Below, piece by piece: positions 12,260-25,221 of a stretch of 64,000 nt of DNA. The position numbers were made by a program, and so were the translations under genes. The notes below the pieces were generated by a model. It was not told where the DNA came from and did no database searches. It saw only the letters and a list, made by a program, of their open reading frames with translations. How positions within the stretch are numbered: position 1 is the first letter of the stretch; each line of letters begins with the position of its first letter. This stretch comes from Chrysomallon squamiferum (lineage: Eukaryota; Animalia; Mollusca), in assembly GCA_012295275.1 (NCBI GenBank), contig CM022665.1, positions 7,378,001 through 7,442,000 on the forward strand, written 5' to 3'.

Positions 12260-13776
12260 TTTATTTTTTTTTTATTATTATTATTATTTTTTTTTCTAAA
12301 TTTATTTAGTGTTTTTATTTATTTATTTATTTTTTTATATTTTTTATATTTTTTTATTATTATTTTGTTTTTTTCATACCACTTTCGGCACTCATACCAT
12401 AGACTTACCATCAGTGCACGACCCAAAAAGATTTTTTTATTGATTCCAGTTTTATTTTGTATCTGTTAAGACTAGAAGCACTTCTTATTGAATTTGAAAT
12501 TATGAACACAAAGCGGTATGTCTTTAAGAAGTTTATATTTATCTAAGTACTTGTACTACTGAATAAGTAAACTGAAACATAAGGAAAACGATTGTTTTCC
12601 AAATTCTGTCATTACAATTTACGTGTATATGTGTGATTTCTCTGGATCATCGCAGTGTAGGTATCGACTGATTATAAAATTCGATATCTGGAACATTAAT
12701 TGTTTGTGGCTGGAGATTAAGAAAGATTTGTGGCACGATGTTTTCTGATAAAAAAAGAAAGAAATTCATACATTGTTTCTGTGGGTATCTAACATTTTGT
12801 TCATGCGCTGTTTGATGTAGCGTTCAGTTTACAAATCAACTGATTTGTTTAACTTCACTTTGGAACAGTTAGATGTAGAATTAATATCCTACATTGGCGA
12901 GGCGATACCTATATCAATTACACTACTTCTTCTTCTACTACTGCTACTACTACTACTACTAACTTTTTAGGCTTATTATTACTACCACAGCTAGTGCTTC
13001 TAGCGTTACTGTAAAAACAACAAAGTCAAAAACAGCAGCATCAACAAATAGAGCAACAACAACAACAAAATAATAATAAAACATAAAAAAAAAACCAAAA
13101 CCCAAATAAACTAAATTACATTAAAATAAATTACATTAAAATAAATAAATTTAAATAAATAAATAAATAAATAACTTAGACTTAATGCTGATTTGTGAAA
13201 GCATCCTAGGAAAAGAATTGCGTGAAACTTTACTTCCTGTCCATGACTGATATTATTGTGGTTGTTTTTTCGGGGCTGTTTGTTTCAAAACGAAATGAAA
13301 TTCATTACAAACGAATAAAATAAGTTTTATTAACAGTAAATAGGATTAGGTATTTTCGCTAAACAAATAATCTTTGTAATATACTAAACCCGTGACTCCT
13401 GTCCTGAAATTAACTTGAGTAATGGCGCTTTAAACAAAACTTCAAATATACAGCTGAAGAGTATGAAAATAGAAAGATTAGTTTTCGTGAAGAGAAACTT
13501 CTTAGAAGTGAGCAAAACAGATGTTTATACTGAGACAGATTTCTGATAAATTCAGACGAAGAACACAGGACTCACAGATGCATACAACTGTTGTCAGTTC
13601 TGTATGATGTACGACGCGTTTGTTTCAACTATGATTTAATACGTTTGAAAACCACAACGAAGCACTGAAGTGTTTAAATGCTTTTATTAGGATATTATCA
13701 CTTGTCGAGTATTTCTACAGGTTTAAGGTTTCTATTGGTGATATTATTGTATCACTTGTCGAGTATGTCTACAGGT

Positions 13777-14554
13777 TTAAGGTATGGTAAGCGAGATCTG
13801 CTCAGGAGCTTTTCCTAAAGTGAACGTCTTCTTCTGGTCAGCCAGTTCTTGGCCCTGGTAGCTGACTCGAACTTCATAGTCTCCATGGAAACCTCTTACT
13901 GTAAACTCGTCACCACTCTGAGATAATGTGTGAGTTTCATTGGTCATCCACTCGTTTTCAAGAAGATCCAAAACCTTTTGACCAGCAGCGTTTATCTGTA
14001 AAAAGAAAAGAAAAAAAGTGTTTAAAAAACATTTATAATGCAGTTACTTTATTTGACAGTTTCTGATATAAAATGTAATTCTATAAACTCATATAGCTCA
14101 AACGCAAGTCACGCGACTTTCTAACTGCTACTAATAAACAAATATAATGTCATTTTATCAAAAGGAACTGATTTAAAATATACATGTCAAATATTACTCT
14201 AGTTAAATACTAACTCTAAAGTCGCGTCCACTGACGAGAGAAGCTAAATCTCTCTGAAAGTGTCTTTCACTCCAGAAACCCCACATAATGATCCCTTCTA
14301 TCCCAGGATGTCCATAGAGTAAACGGAAAATTGTATCAAACATCTCTGCTCGTTTGTTTTCGTCTGCGTTTTCAATACTCAATTCCGATATCCAAATAGG
14401 AACATTTGCCTTGGCAAGAGTATCCAAGCGATCCTGAAAAAAAGAAAAAGAAAGAAGATTGACGAATGTGTACGTACTTACTTGAAAAATGTGTCGTAAA
14501 ATGTATTACTATTTCTGTGTTCATCAGAAGACTTTACTGTCAAGATATCAATAT

Positions 14555-14597
<43 letters not shown>

Positions 14598-15613
14598 TTC
14601 TGCCAAAGGTGGAAGGAGATTATTTCACACTGATGAGTGACAATAATAATAATAATAATAGTTTCTATCCTATGGCTTGTATAGAAAAATTTATGTTTTG
14701 TAGACCATCAACTTTTTGTTAATGAGAAGCTTAGTTAATTTACTTTTCTTTTATTAGAAATAATTTTCATAAATAAATTTAATATAGGAATCAATCTGAC
14801 ATTGATTTGACAAAAACCTTAATAATTTCAGGTCTCGGGATCGAACCTCCTCTGAAGTGACCCTGGACACCGATTCCATAGAGTCCAACATCAGCTGCAT
14901 CAAACTTCCGTGCTTGATCGAGGTATGGCTGAAATAAACAAATAAACAAGTAAATAAATAAATAAGTAAAAATATAAATAATGATAAAAATATTCTGTAT
15001 GTTCTGTGTTTACTTGTTTATATAGGTATGTTTATATTTTCGTCTTCGTTGTTCAGTGTGAATTATTTTACATATATACTAGTTAAATAGTTTCGTTTAA
15101 CAATCACTGATACAACAGTTTCTGCTCTGCATATTCTTGTACATAGTGTAATTACTATTTGCTATCAAATCCATCTTATTGGAATTCACACCAAAGACTA
15201 ACTAGTTTCTTTGTTGTAAAAAACACATCTGAGACAGATTTAGAACTAAGTTTGCTGAAATAATGTTTTCGTTAGCATTAAGTTGAATAATTTTTCTCAG
15301 TATTTTCTCATTATTTATAATTACGTTGTGTTGTATATATAGATATTATTCTACTGACTTTTATTTGCCTAACTTACAACAATACATTGTTTAGAAAATA
15401 CGTTTTTCTTTCTTACCTGTGTTGATTCACTTCTGGACAACATGGCGTAGTCGTTAAGGAACATTTTCACGTTAGGAGCCGTGTCGTGAGCTTTCTTAAA
15501 GATTTTTAAATTGTAGTCGGAGTCGTTGGCGTGGACTTCATAAAAGAAACCATGGAGGTTCTCATTATTCACGTCCCAGTGTTCCAACCTGGAAAAATAA
15601 TAACAGCAACTAG

Positions 15614-15667
<54 letters not shown>

Positions 15668-16931
15668 AATAATAATAATAATAATTGGTATAATCATGTG
15701 AAAACACAGCAAAGAAACATCATATTATTTAACTTGGTCACCAACGAAGCTATATGTTTATTCTTTTATTTATTTATTTATTTATTTTTTTTTTTTTTTT
15801 TTTCTCTAGGCGACATTTGTATTGCGACTGAGTAACACATTTTAACCCTCAGACAATTGACTTCTTACTATTACAATAACCATGTAATATTCATTTCGTT
15901 TCATAAGAAAGCAAACTTACATATCTTTTGTTTTTGATACGATGTCCGTGATACGATGGTCAACCGCTTTTTTCAGTTCTTCACCGTACAAAGGCTGAAC
16001 CCAACTTGGACACACAGTGGACCACAGAATGTTGTGACCTCGTACCTTGATTCTAGAACCAAAATAGGCAATATATGTTAATGCGTGCGTGTACGTACCT
16101 ACATATGTATACATTACGAATGTGTATTTATGTATAAATGTATATATGTACGTATGCATGATTGTATATGTACGTATGTATGAATGCATGTATGTATTTG
16201 TGAATGTGGATATGTTTGTGTGGACATGTATGAATGTACGTGTGTGTTTGTGTGTATCTGAATCTGTGCGCACATGCATAATCTATGATGAAAATACTTA
16301 GAAGTATATCATCCGACTGAAATATTTTTGTTTTCAAATAACAAGTCATCATCATCATCATTATCATCATCATCATCATCACCATTACTATTATTATTAT
16401 TACTTACCCATTTTCATTAAGTTTCTTAATGGCTGGGAATGATTTCCAGTATTTAGGACGTCCCTGAAATAACACAACATGTTACACAGATCGAATACGA
16501 ATCTAAAAACGAAATGTTTACTAAAGTCGACTACAAAATAAAACAAAAGCAGAATGCTGAAATAACATATAAAAAAGAATTGTCTCAAATAAAACAAAAA
16601 ATAATAATAATAATAAAACATTTTTTTATCGTCCCTACCTTTCTTTTTTCCATGAGATTCCATTTCAAGGCGTTTTCTGTTGTTGCCCAGTTGAAGTGAT
16701 CGTTAATAAATTTCTGATACCTTTTGTCACCTCTGTAATATTCTCGACACGAAACTGATGTTCCGAACGGAAATGACTTTTTTGTCTGGGAAATCTAATA
16801 ATAATAATAATAATAATTATAATAATAATCGTCATCATCATCATCATGGTTTTATAGTGTATTGTTGCTGTTGCTAATACTACTACTATTACTTCTTACT
16901 TCTACTATAATAATAATAATAAGGTGATATT

Positions 16932-16967
<36 letters not shown>

Positions 16968-18467
16968 CTCAGAGTATTTATATACATTACTTTTAATTAT
17001 TTTAAAATGCAAATGGAAATATAACTTACCGTAATTTGAACGTCGTCTTTATTCACATCATTACCAGTTGTAACACTGTAAAACAAAACTGATTTGTTAG
17101 TTCATTTATTGCAGATGTGGTTATTCATGCGTGTGTATGTTTGGGGGAGAGGGGTACTGTGTGTGTGTGTGTGGCTCTTCCTGCTATATCTACATGTGTC
17201 TCCAATCCTTAATCGGTACATTATTAAAGCCAAGTTAACATATGCAATATCCGTTAATGTGTGCGTGTACGTACCTACATATGTATACATTACGTATGCG
17301 TATCTATGTATAAATGTATATATGTGCGTATATATGATTGTGTATGTACGTATGTATGAATGCATGTATGTATTTGTGAATGTGGACATGTATGAATGTA
17401 CGTGTGTGTTTGAGTGTATCTGAATCTGTGCGCGCATGCATAAACTATGATGAAAATACTTAGAAGCATATCATCCGACTGAAATATTTTGGTTTATATA
17501 TAGCTTAACTGACACAATCTTGTGTAACCGAAATCCTCGATTACATCCATATGCACGACAACGTTAAAAACAAATGTTTGAATTGGTATCTAACAAAACA
17601 AATTTCACGCTTTTCATTTACATCGTCCTGATGGTACCGTTTCTTCTTTATTTTTTTCCTTTCAGTTTATGTAATAAAATTTTCCGACTGTTCTGAGCTA
17701 TAAGAAGTTTAAGCAGGCTATTTGCCGTAATCATTACTTCAAATATTAGCATTAGTAAATGTGAGAAGCTAAATATATGTATTTCTTACACTTGTGGAAA
17801 CATGATTTGGATTACTTACAAATGACTAATACAGCAGACGTCAAGCAGAAAAAACGTTTTGCCTACCTGATACTAATATCACTCTTTCTCAAACTGTCGA
17901 TGACCTTGTCTGTATCTTCCTTCCACGTTGTCCACTCCGGCAACTCCTGCATTGATGCATCATCAATAATGTAGTCAACGTCTTTATTACGACCGTTGAC
18001 AAACACCTCTGTCCACAGCAACGCTGAAATTGAATCATATCACGAGCCTTTATAATTTTAAAAATAGGCAGACGCTACAAGACTTTACATAAAATACACA
18101 GTCAAGCACAGGCAGCGAACATTCTCAGATATTAAAGGAGACGAGCTCAGAATATGAAAAGGCTGACTAAAAACTATTCTTACTGCCGTCTGGTGAAGTG
18201 AAGTCTCCTCTCAAATGTACCCAGCCGTCCGAAGTGTTAAATTTTCTGTTGTAACACAAGTGGACCGTTCTTCTTTTATTGCCTGGTGAAAAAAAAAAAA
18301 AAAAAAAAAATCTATATATTTTAAAATACATTATTATGAGGCAAACAATAGATAAAAAGTTGTTACTATTATTATTTATTTAAAAATACGTTAACAGTAT
18401 TTACAGATACACAGAAACGAACTTTTACGATTAAATATATTTATAATGCTTAAGCATCTGTGTAAAC

Positions 18468-18529
<62 letters not shown>

Positions 18530-19662
18530 CTCTCTCTCTTTTTTTTCTCTTACATTCGATCCTTTAATTTGTACTTGATATTTAAAGTTTAAGACGCATA
18601 CCTTCGTACATCTGGATCACCGTCAATCTGGCTGCTGAACCGAATGAGCCTGGGATGTCGTTTAAAGGTTTGATCCAGACCGACACCACATAGGATTTGC
18701 CTGGTGTGATTTGTACACGCTGCGACACTCCACGCATCCATAACCCACTGTAGAAGAACACGATCACAGAAATTGCGATTATTTGTATGTAAAATTATAT
18801 ATATTACACCGACGAGTTAACCGACTAGTTTTTAAAACATAATATTTTATATTGTAGTTTTAATAAAGTCAGCGTTTTACACCAGTCAGTTTTCTTGGCA
18901 AAAGGAAGTGAACTTATAAACATCTGTCTATAATCAATCAACTGCTGATAAGTTCCTTTCAAGGAACAAGGAAGACACGTTTTTTTTTTTTTTGTTCTTC
19001 CTATGTTGACAATGACGCTAAATAAACATGAATTTTACTAATCATTTTTAATATGTCATCATTTACGAAGACCCGAGGAAGACATTAAACCATGATTAAG
19101 AGACAGAACTTTATACCAGTCTTTCAACAAAATAGAAAACCACTTTATTTTAAAATTAATAAGTTAACAATAGAATTAACTAACTAGTCTATTTCTTTCA
19201 ACGATCCTTGATAAAAGTTTCAAAGAACAGTCAGATTTATTATTTTAATGTACACTGTTTATTCAAAGTACGGTTATTTTGTACGATTATTTAGACAAAG
19301 ACAACAACTTATAACGTAATTCGTGTTTATATGCATCTTCCCAGAGACAGCTAAGCAAATACTATCACGGATTTATATTAACCAATTGTAGCTGCAAAGG
19401 GAAATTATATTAGTAAGTACCTCGAGATGAACAGATTACGTTTTCACTAAAAAAAAAAAACCCATGAAGAGAACGTAAATGACGTTTACCCTGAAACGCC
19501 AGCTACTTTAATGGCGTGATTCCCCGAGTGAGCGGTGTCTGTGACAGAGCAGACCGCGCCACGACAAGTCCACTTGTCTGTGCTTTCCATATCTGCGTTG
19601 TTGAACAGTTCCTGAGACGCCACACAGGAGACGAGGCAGAGAAACGACGCCAACCACCACAT
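13777..19662 (-). CDS. Secreted GH10 endo-1,4-beta-xylanase/cellulase with N-terminal CBM4/22-like module, copy B (561 aa, 12 exons)
   Basis: Exons: 19662-19490, 18747-18602, 18282-18184, 18023-17867, 17075-17030, 16794-16639, 16463-16408, 16052-15921, 15588-15417, 14928-14818, 14433-14215, 13995-13777. All introns GT-AG; exon lengths and phases equal those of copy A; catalytic motifs WDVNNE and IWISEL intact. Confidence 0.93.
16075..16330 (+). repeat. About 250-bp intronic segment duplicated at 17250-17490
   Basis: Both copies run from gtgcgtgtacgtacctacatatgtatacattacg to tatgatgaaaatacttagaag-tatcatccgactgaaatatttt; they lie in introns 7 and 4 of GH10 copy B. Confidence 0.85.
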
Positions 19663-19756
19663 CGTGTTGTATACAGTGTTGTTTGTATCTGCTCTTTTCT
19701 GATAGCGCAGTTTCTCTTCACTTGTCAAACACTGATTTCGAACGAAGTGTTTCGTG

Positions 19757-19796
19757 TATTTATAATGAAATGAAAATACGCATCTGTTCTGATTGG
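19757..19796 (-). promoter_or_regulatory. TATA box (TATAAATA) and CCAAT box of GH10 copy B
   Basis: tatttata at 19757-19764 and attgg at 19792-19796; same order as in copy A. Confidence 0.6.
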
Positions 19797-20870
19797 AGAT
19801 TATCTTATTTCCGTGGGAAATGACGGGTTTTACAAAAAATAAATTTTATCTGTTAATATCGCTTAATGAAAACTAGTGTCCGTTTTTCATTTTATTTCAG
19901 TCTATTCAGAAAAGAAAAGACAGAGTTTATGAACATTGAATTAATTAATAATACAGTTATCCAAACGTTCGTCCAATAATAAAGTGGTTTTTTTTTTTTT
20001 TTTTTCGAAACAATACTAGTTTATGGAAACAATAATCAAGTCATTAAACTACTGCTGATAAGATAAAAAAAAATTGAAACAAAAATAATTCTGTAATATG
20101 GTTGTTTGCGTTAATGGCAGACGCTGTTAGATTTTATCTTTGTCAGCAATTCATTTATTTTGCGTAAAATAACCTTACAATCTCGGTCTGTTTCCTGTGA
20201 CATTTGTACCTATTTCGTTTCAACAGACCGATTTTTTCCCTTTTTTACTATAACTAAAATAGGTTGCGTTTTTCTTTTCTCTAGCGCGGTAATTAAAGGT
20301 GAAACAGGTGTACCTATTCTTCATAAAATGTAATATGAAAATCTGTTTATTATATTCTGCAGTAACAGTATACTAATAAATATTGCTCTTTTTTCATCAC
20401 CGGAGCTTGGTCAGTAAAACAGTATTGATCACAAATATGTCAAAGGCTTTAACTCATTTTATTAATAGTGTTACAGCTATTTCGGTATTTTTATTTATTT
20501 TTTTATTTTTTATTTTTTAAAACAGAAATGTCAAACTTTTTAAATTTATTAATTTTGGTGGGTTTTTAAAAAAAATTATGACTTTTCCAGCTCTAAAATA
20601 TCATTCTGTCTTTCTTTCTTTTTTGTTGTTATTGTTATCATTTATTTGTTTGTTTATTTATTATTGTTGTTGTTGTTATTATCATCATCATTATTATTTG
20701 TTATTTTTAAAGTATCACTTTCGATACATACACCATTGATCTTCCATCTCTGGACCCCTTCCGAAAGATTTATTCTGTGCATTCGTTATGTGTTCATTCT
20801 CAACACACTTAATTCCTTATCGTCCACAAGCATCACCTGGTAAATGAAAGTATTTTATGTATGACGTATA

Positions 20871-21308
20871 CATGGCCGTAACTACATTGAGGCAAATGCG
20901 GTACATACCTCATACCGAAATTGACGATTTAAAAAATAATAATAATAATAAATAAATTTTTAACTATACAAAGATTTTATTTAAGAAATATAGAATATAA
21001 ATCTCTGTTCCGATAGAAACGATATCAACTGAATCAGTTCGTTTATGTCTACGGTTACTGTTTGAGGCCTACCGACATGGTTGCCACGAAAGACATAACT
21101 GACTTCAAAGACATCAAACAAGTTTATCGAACACTTGATGATTTAAGGCACACAGCATCCTTTTCACACGTTTCAATCTTAGCCCGGTTCTTGCCCTGAT
21201 GCAGTGTCACTGAGCCCCCAGACCTCTCGCCCAAATTGATTTGGTCCTGCTCCTCTTGGCGATTAAGTGTTTTTGCCTCATTTCAAAAATATTCTAGTTA
21301 CAGCCATG
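20871..21308 (+). mobile_element. Full-length MITE with terminal inverted repeats CATGGCCGTAACTA / TAGTTACAGCCATG
   Basis: 14-bp TIR with one mismatch, GTATA on both flanks, no coding capacity, and at least four relatives in the window. Confidence 0.85.
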
Positions 21309-21831
21309 GTATATATCCATGAGTCGGAAGGCTTTAAAGCTGATATTATTATACAATTTGCGTGAATGCATGGCATTTATCTCGAATAATTTAAAAATAC
21401 GATATCTAGAACTTTACTGTTGCTGTTGATACTAGTAACATCACCATCACTAATAACACAAACGACAACAAAATATTCGATTTAATGTTAATTTCTGAAA
21501 ATTTGAATACATTCTTCATTTGTTACTGTTAATCGTTAGTGCTGCTGTTGTTTTTATTTATTCAAATTTGTCTTATTGTTGTTGTTGTTCTTATTATTTT
21601 AGTATTTTTATTGTTATTATTATCATTATTAGTAGAAGTAGTAGTAGTAGCTGTTGTTATTGTGGTTGTAGTAGTAGTAATTTAGCGCTAATTTCTGAAA
21701 ACGCGAATACTATCTTGATTTGTTGTTGTCCATCAATGGTTTTGCTGTTGTTTTTTGTTTATTATTAGTATTAAAATTCTTCATCTTTTTATAATTATTA
21801 TTATTATTAGTAGTAGTAGTATCCGGAGCAA

Positions 21832-21867
<36 letters not shown>

Positions 21868-21899
21868 CAGCAGTAGTTGGAAGTAACAAAACATCTATT

Positions 21900-22068
21900 A
21901 ACAGTAATAAAACCAAATTTTATTTTATTATTTTAAGGTCGACGAACAGTAAGAAAACAAAAATATATTGTAATTATTTTGTTGTCTGTTAACAGCAAGA
22001 AAACAAAACTTTATTGTAATTATTTTATTGTCTGTTAACAGTAAGAAAACAAAAGATTATTGTTATTA
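21900..22068. repeat. 46-bp minisatellite, about 3.7 units
   Basis: Units of the form aacagtaagaaaacaaaa...ttgtaattattttgttgtctgtt start near 21900, 21945, 21991 and 22037. Confidence 0.85.
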
Positions 22069-23972
22069 TAACTAACTGTTTAGATCAGCGAATATTTGTT
22101 AATGATTATTGTCCGAATAGCATAAAAGCTATTAAATGCAAACAAAGATAGAAATAATAAAAGGGTTTATAACCTATTCTGTAACAAAATGTTTTAATTC
22201 GTTTAGGAACCTATTTTAATAGCATCAGAAATTTCTTTTAGTCTTAATGTATGTAATTATTATAATGGAGTTTATATCTCTACCTGTAATGAATATTCCA
22301 AATTAATAACATTATTTTGTTTCATAATTTTCAATAAAAGCATTCATTTACATATTTAAATCAAATAAAAATCGAACAACAACAGTAATAATAATAATAA
22401 TAATAATTGAATAACCTTTACAGTTATAATTAGGATTGTTTAGTAATAATGTTATTTAAGAGGGAGAAACAGCGATAGAGAAACAAACACACAGAGAGTA
22501 AATTGCTTGACAAATTAATCATACGTACTGTTTGTGATTATAATAATTGTGTGGGGGGGGTTTGGAGGGGGTTGGGGTTTTTTGTTGTTTTTTTCTGATA
22601 GTATTGAGATTTTCATTATATCAGATGGTTTAGTTTTATGTTTATTTTATTTATTTATTTATTTATTTATTTGGGGCGGGGGTTGTTGTTGCTATTGCTG
22701 TATTTATTACAGATTAGTAAAAAAAAAAATTAAATCAGTGACTCAGTTGATATAAAGTTAAATAAAAATCAGTGTTTGTCAAATCACTGCTTCTATTTAG
22801 AGTGTACCTGTGGTGTTACGATCGAAATTTACTTATTCATACTTTAGAGATATTATTTTATTGTTTTGGGTAACCTGGCATGGCTCATAACAGGATACAA
22901 CAATAAAATACTACTATTACGAAATATTTGAACGCCATCTTTTTTTGCCTTTGCAACTGGTGACGTGATACCATTGCGCTCTGCATAGACTGGTAGTAGT
23001 ATTTGTTCTGACACCAGCACAAAAAACCAGAGAAAACTGATATGCGTTAAAAATGTTTTTAAATTTTACTATTTCATTGCTAAGCTTTGTTATTAATTAA
23101 GATTTGGCCGCGAGAAGCGAATAAAACATAACATGGGAGACAGACTATTTCTTTATATCATCACATATATACTTTAACTGGAAACTGATAAATACTGTTC
23201 CATTTCATATTTATAACACAAAATAAAGATGATTTCATATATACTGCTATTTACAACGCACTAAAAAAATAAACAGTAATTAAAAAAATAACTTCAAACA
23301 TAATCTAATTTCGACAATTGAATTTTTATCTTAGCATATTATGGGTACTACTAATTAATTGTATGTCTGTATATGTATGTGTGTATATGTATGTATATAT
23401 TTTTATTATATATAATATACAGAGTTAACCCAAGGCGAGTTCAAAGTCGCCTTTTTGTCTTTTCCTTTTCTTTTTTTTTTTAAATTTTATTTATATATGT
23501 CACTTGAAAGTTGAAAATATAGATACATTTTGCCTCCATTTTGTCCAGCGATCACGTGAACACGTTTTGCGATCGGCCAGCGGACTTCCGTTATTTCCAT
23601 CAAATTATATTAATTAATTAATCATGTGACCAACTGTATCAATAACAGTAAAAATATACTGTGATTAGAGGTTGTCAGTAAACACAGATAATTCTACATA
23701 AATTAAATTAATTGATATGGACATGTTAACTGACTGTACATACTTAATGTACAACTAACGGACCAATGTAAGTTGAGGTCTGACACAGAAAGCAGGCTGC
23801 ATGTAATCGTAAACACACATAGGAATAAAACTTGTTAAATAATTTATCACTTTAGCAGAAGTATGTATAAAATATATTTTTTAAAAGGCCCTGCTTATTA
23901 GAAACTCAGTATCAATGGATACACGCAGATGTTTAGTTTTATGTTCGTGACAATGGCTTGGTTACATTGCAT

Positions 23973-24024
23973 TGTCTTATTTCGCCTTTACAGATATATA
24001 TATTTGTAAAGGCGAAATAAGACA
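23973..24024. repeat. Inverted repeat with perfect 20-bp arms
   Basis: tgtcttatttcgcctttaca / tgtaaaggcgaaataagaca around a gatatatatatt spacer. Confidence 0.9.
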
Positions 24025-24059
24025 TATATATATATATATTGAATCAATTTTTATTTTTT

Positions 24060-24744
24060 TATACAAAGATTTTATTTAAAAAATGTAAAGTATAAATCTC
24101 TGTTTCGATAGAAACGATATCCACTCAGTGAATTCGTTTATGTCTACGGTTACCAATTTTTTTTTTTTTTTTTTTTTAATTCTTCTGGTGTCAGTTTAGT
24201 TCATTTCTGGTGTACATATACTCCTTCTTGCCTGGTAAAGTAGAAAACACTAAAATTAACTCGTAGGATTTTGCGTGCATCAAGTCGGAGCATCAGTGAG
24301 CCTTAGGCGGCCCCTAGAACCCTCGTCCAGTTTTTTTTTCTCCGCTCGGCGATTAAGTAACTACAATGAGGCAAATGCCTCATACCGAAACTGACGATTT
24401 TTTGTTTTGTTTTTTACTTAAAAAATATAAAATATAAATATCTGTTCCAAGAGAAACGATATCCATTGAATGAATTCGTTTATGTCTACGGTTGCCGTTT
24501 GAAGTCTACCGACATGGTTGCGATGAAAGACATGACTGACTTCAAAGACATCAAACAGGTTTATCGAACACTTGATGATTTAAGGCACACAGCATCCTTT
24601 TCACACGTTTCAATCTTAGCCCGGTTCTTGCCCTGATGCAGTGTCACTGAGCCCCCAGACCTCTCGCCCAAATTGATTTGTTCCTGCTCCTCTTGGCGAT
24701 TAAGTGTTTTTGCCTCATTTCAAAAATATTCTAGTTACGGCCAT
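24060..24744 (+). mobile_element. Tandem or nested copies of the CATGGCCGTAACTA MITE
   Basis: Fragments at 24060-24155 and 24262-24358 precede a near-complete copy at 24359-24744 ending TAGTTACGGCCAT, whose 3' 200 bp nearly match 21105-21307. Confidence 0.8.
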
Positions 24745-24745
24745 A

Positions 24746-24800
<55 letters not shown>

Positions 24801-25205
24801 TCACATGCATTTGAAGACCACATATTAGGTATAATAATATAAACCAACTATTAATACAGACACCCACACGTGCATGTAGAAACATACTACAAGTTTAACA
24901 ACTCTTGCAGATGTACAGAATGAACTAAAAACAGATTTACCGGACTTGACATTGTCAAAGCCCTGAAAGCAGTCCAAAATGTATGGTTAGCTTGTTTCCA
25001 GTTCATTTTTTATAGGTTAAGTCGATGGAATAAGTCAACTTAAGGAACGTAACTTATTTATCCATGTAATAACACAGTACTGAAGTAAATTTACTCATTC
25101 TCGGTACAGTAAATCCCTCACTGAACGGATATTGGTTCAACGAACTTCGGGTTCAAGGGAAAAACATTGCTGGGCTTATTCCTTTAGATTAAGCGTTTAA
25201 GATTC

Positions 25206-25221
25206 CCGCCAGGTGGCGCTG
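25206..25221 (+). promoter_or_regulatory. CTCF-like motif CCGCCAGGTGGCGCTG
   Basis: Close match to the bilaterian CTCF core consensus in an AT-rich region. Confidence 0.5.

Noticed and set aside
2414-19700. Possibility that the GH10 pair is a false haplotype duplication
   Set aside because: CBM exons, several introns and the promoters are too diverged to be alleles; individual identical tracts still need read validation.
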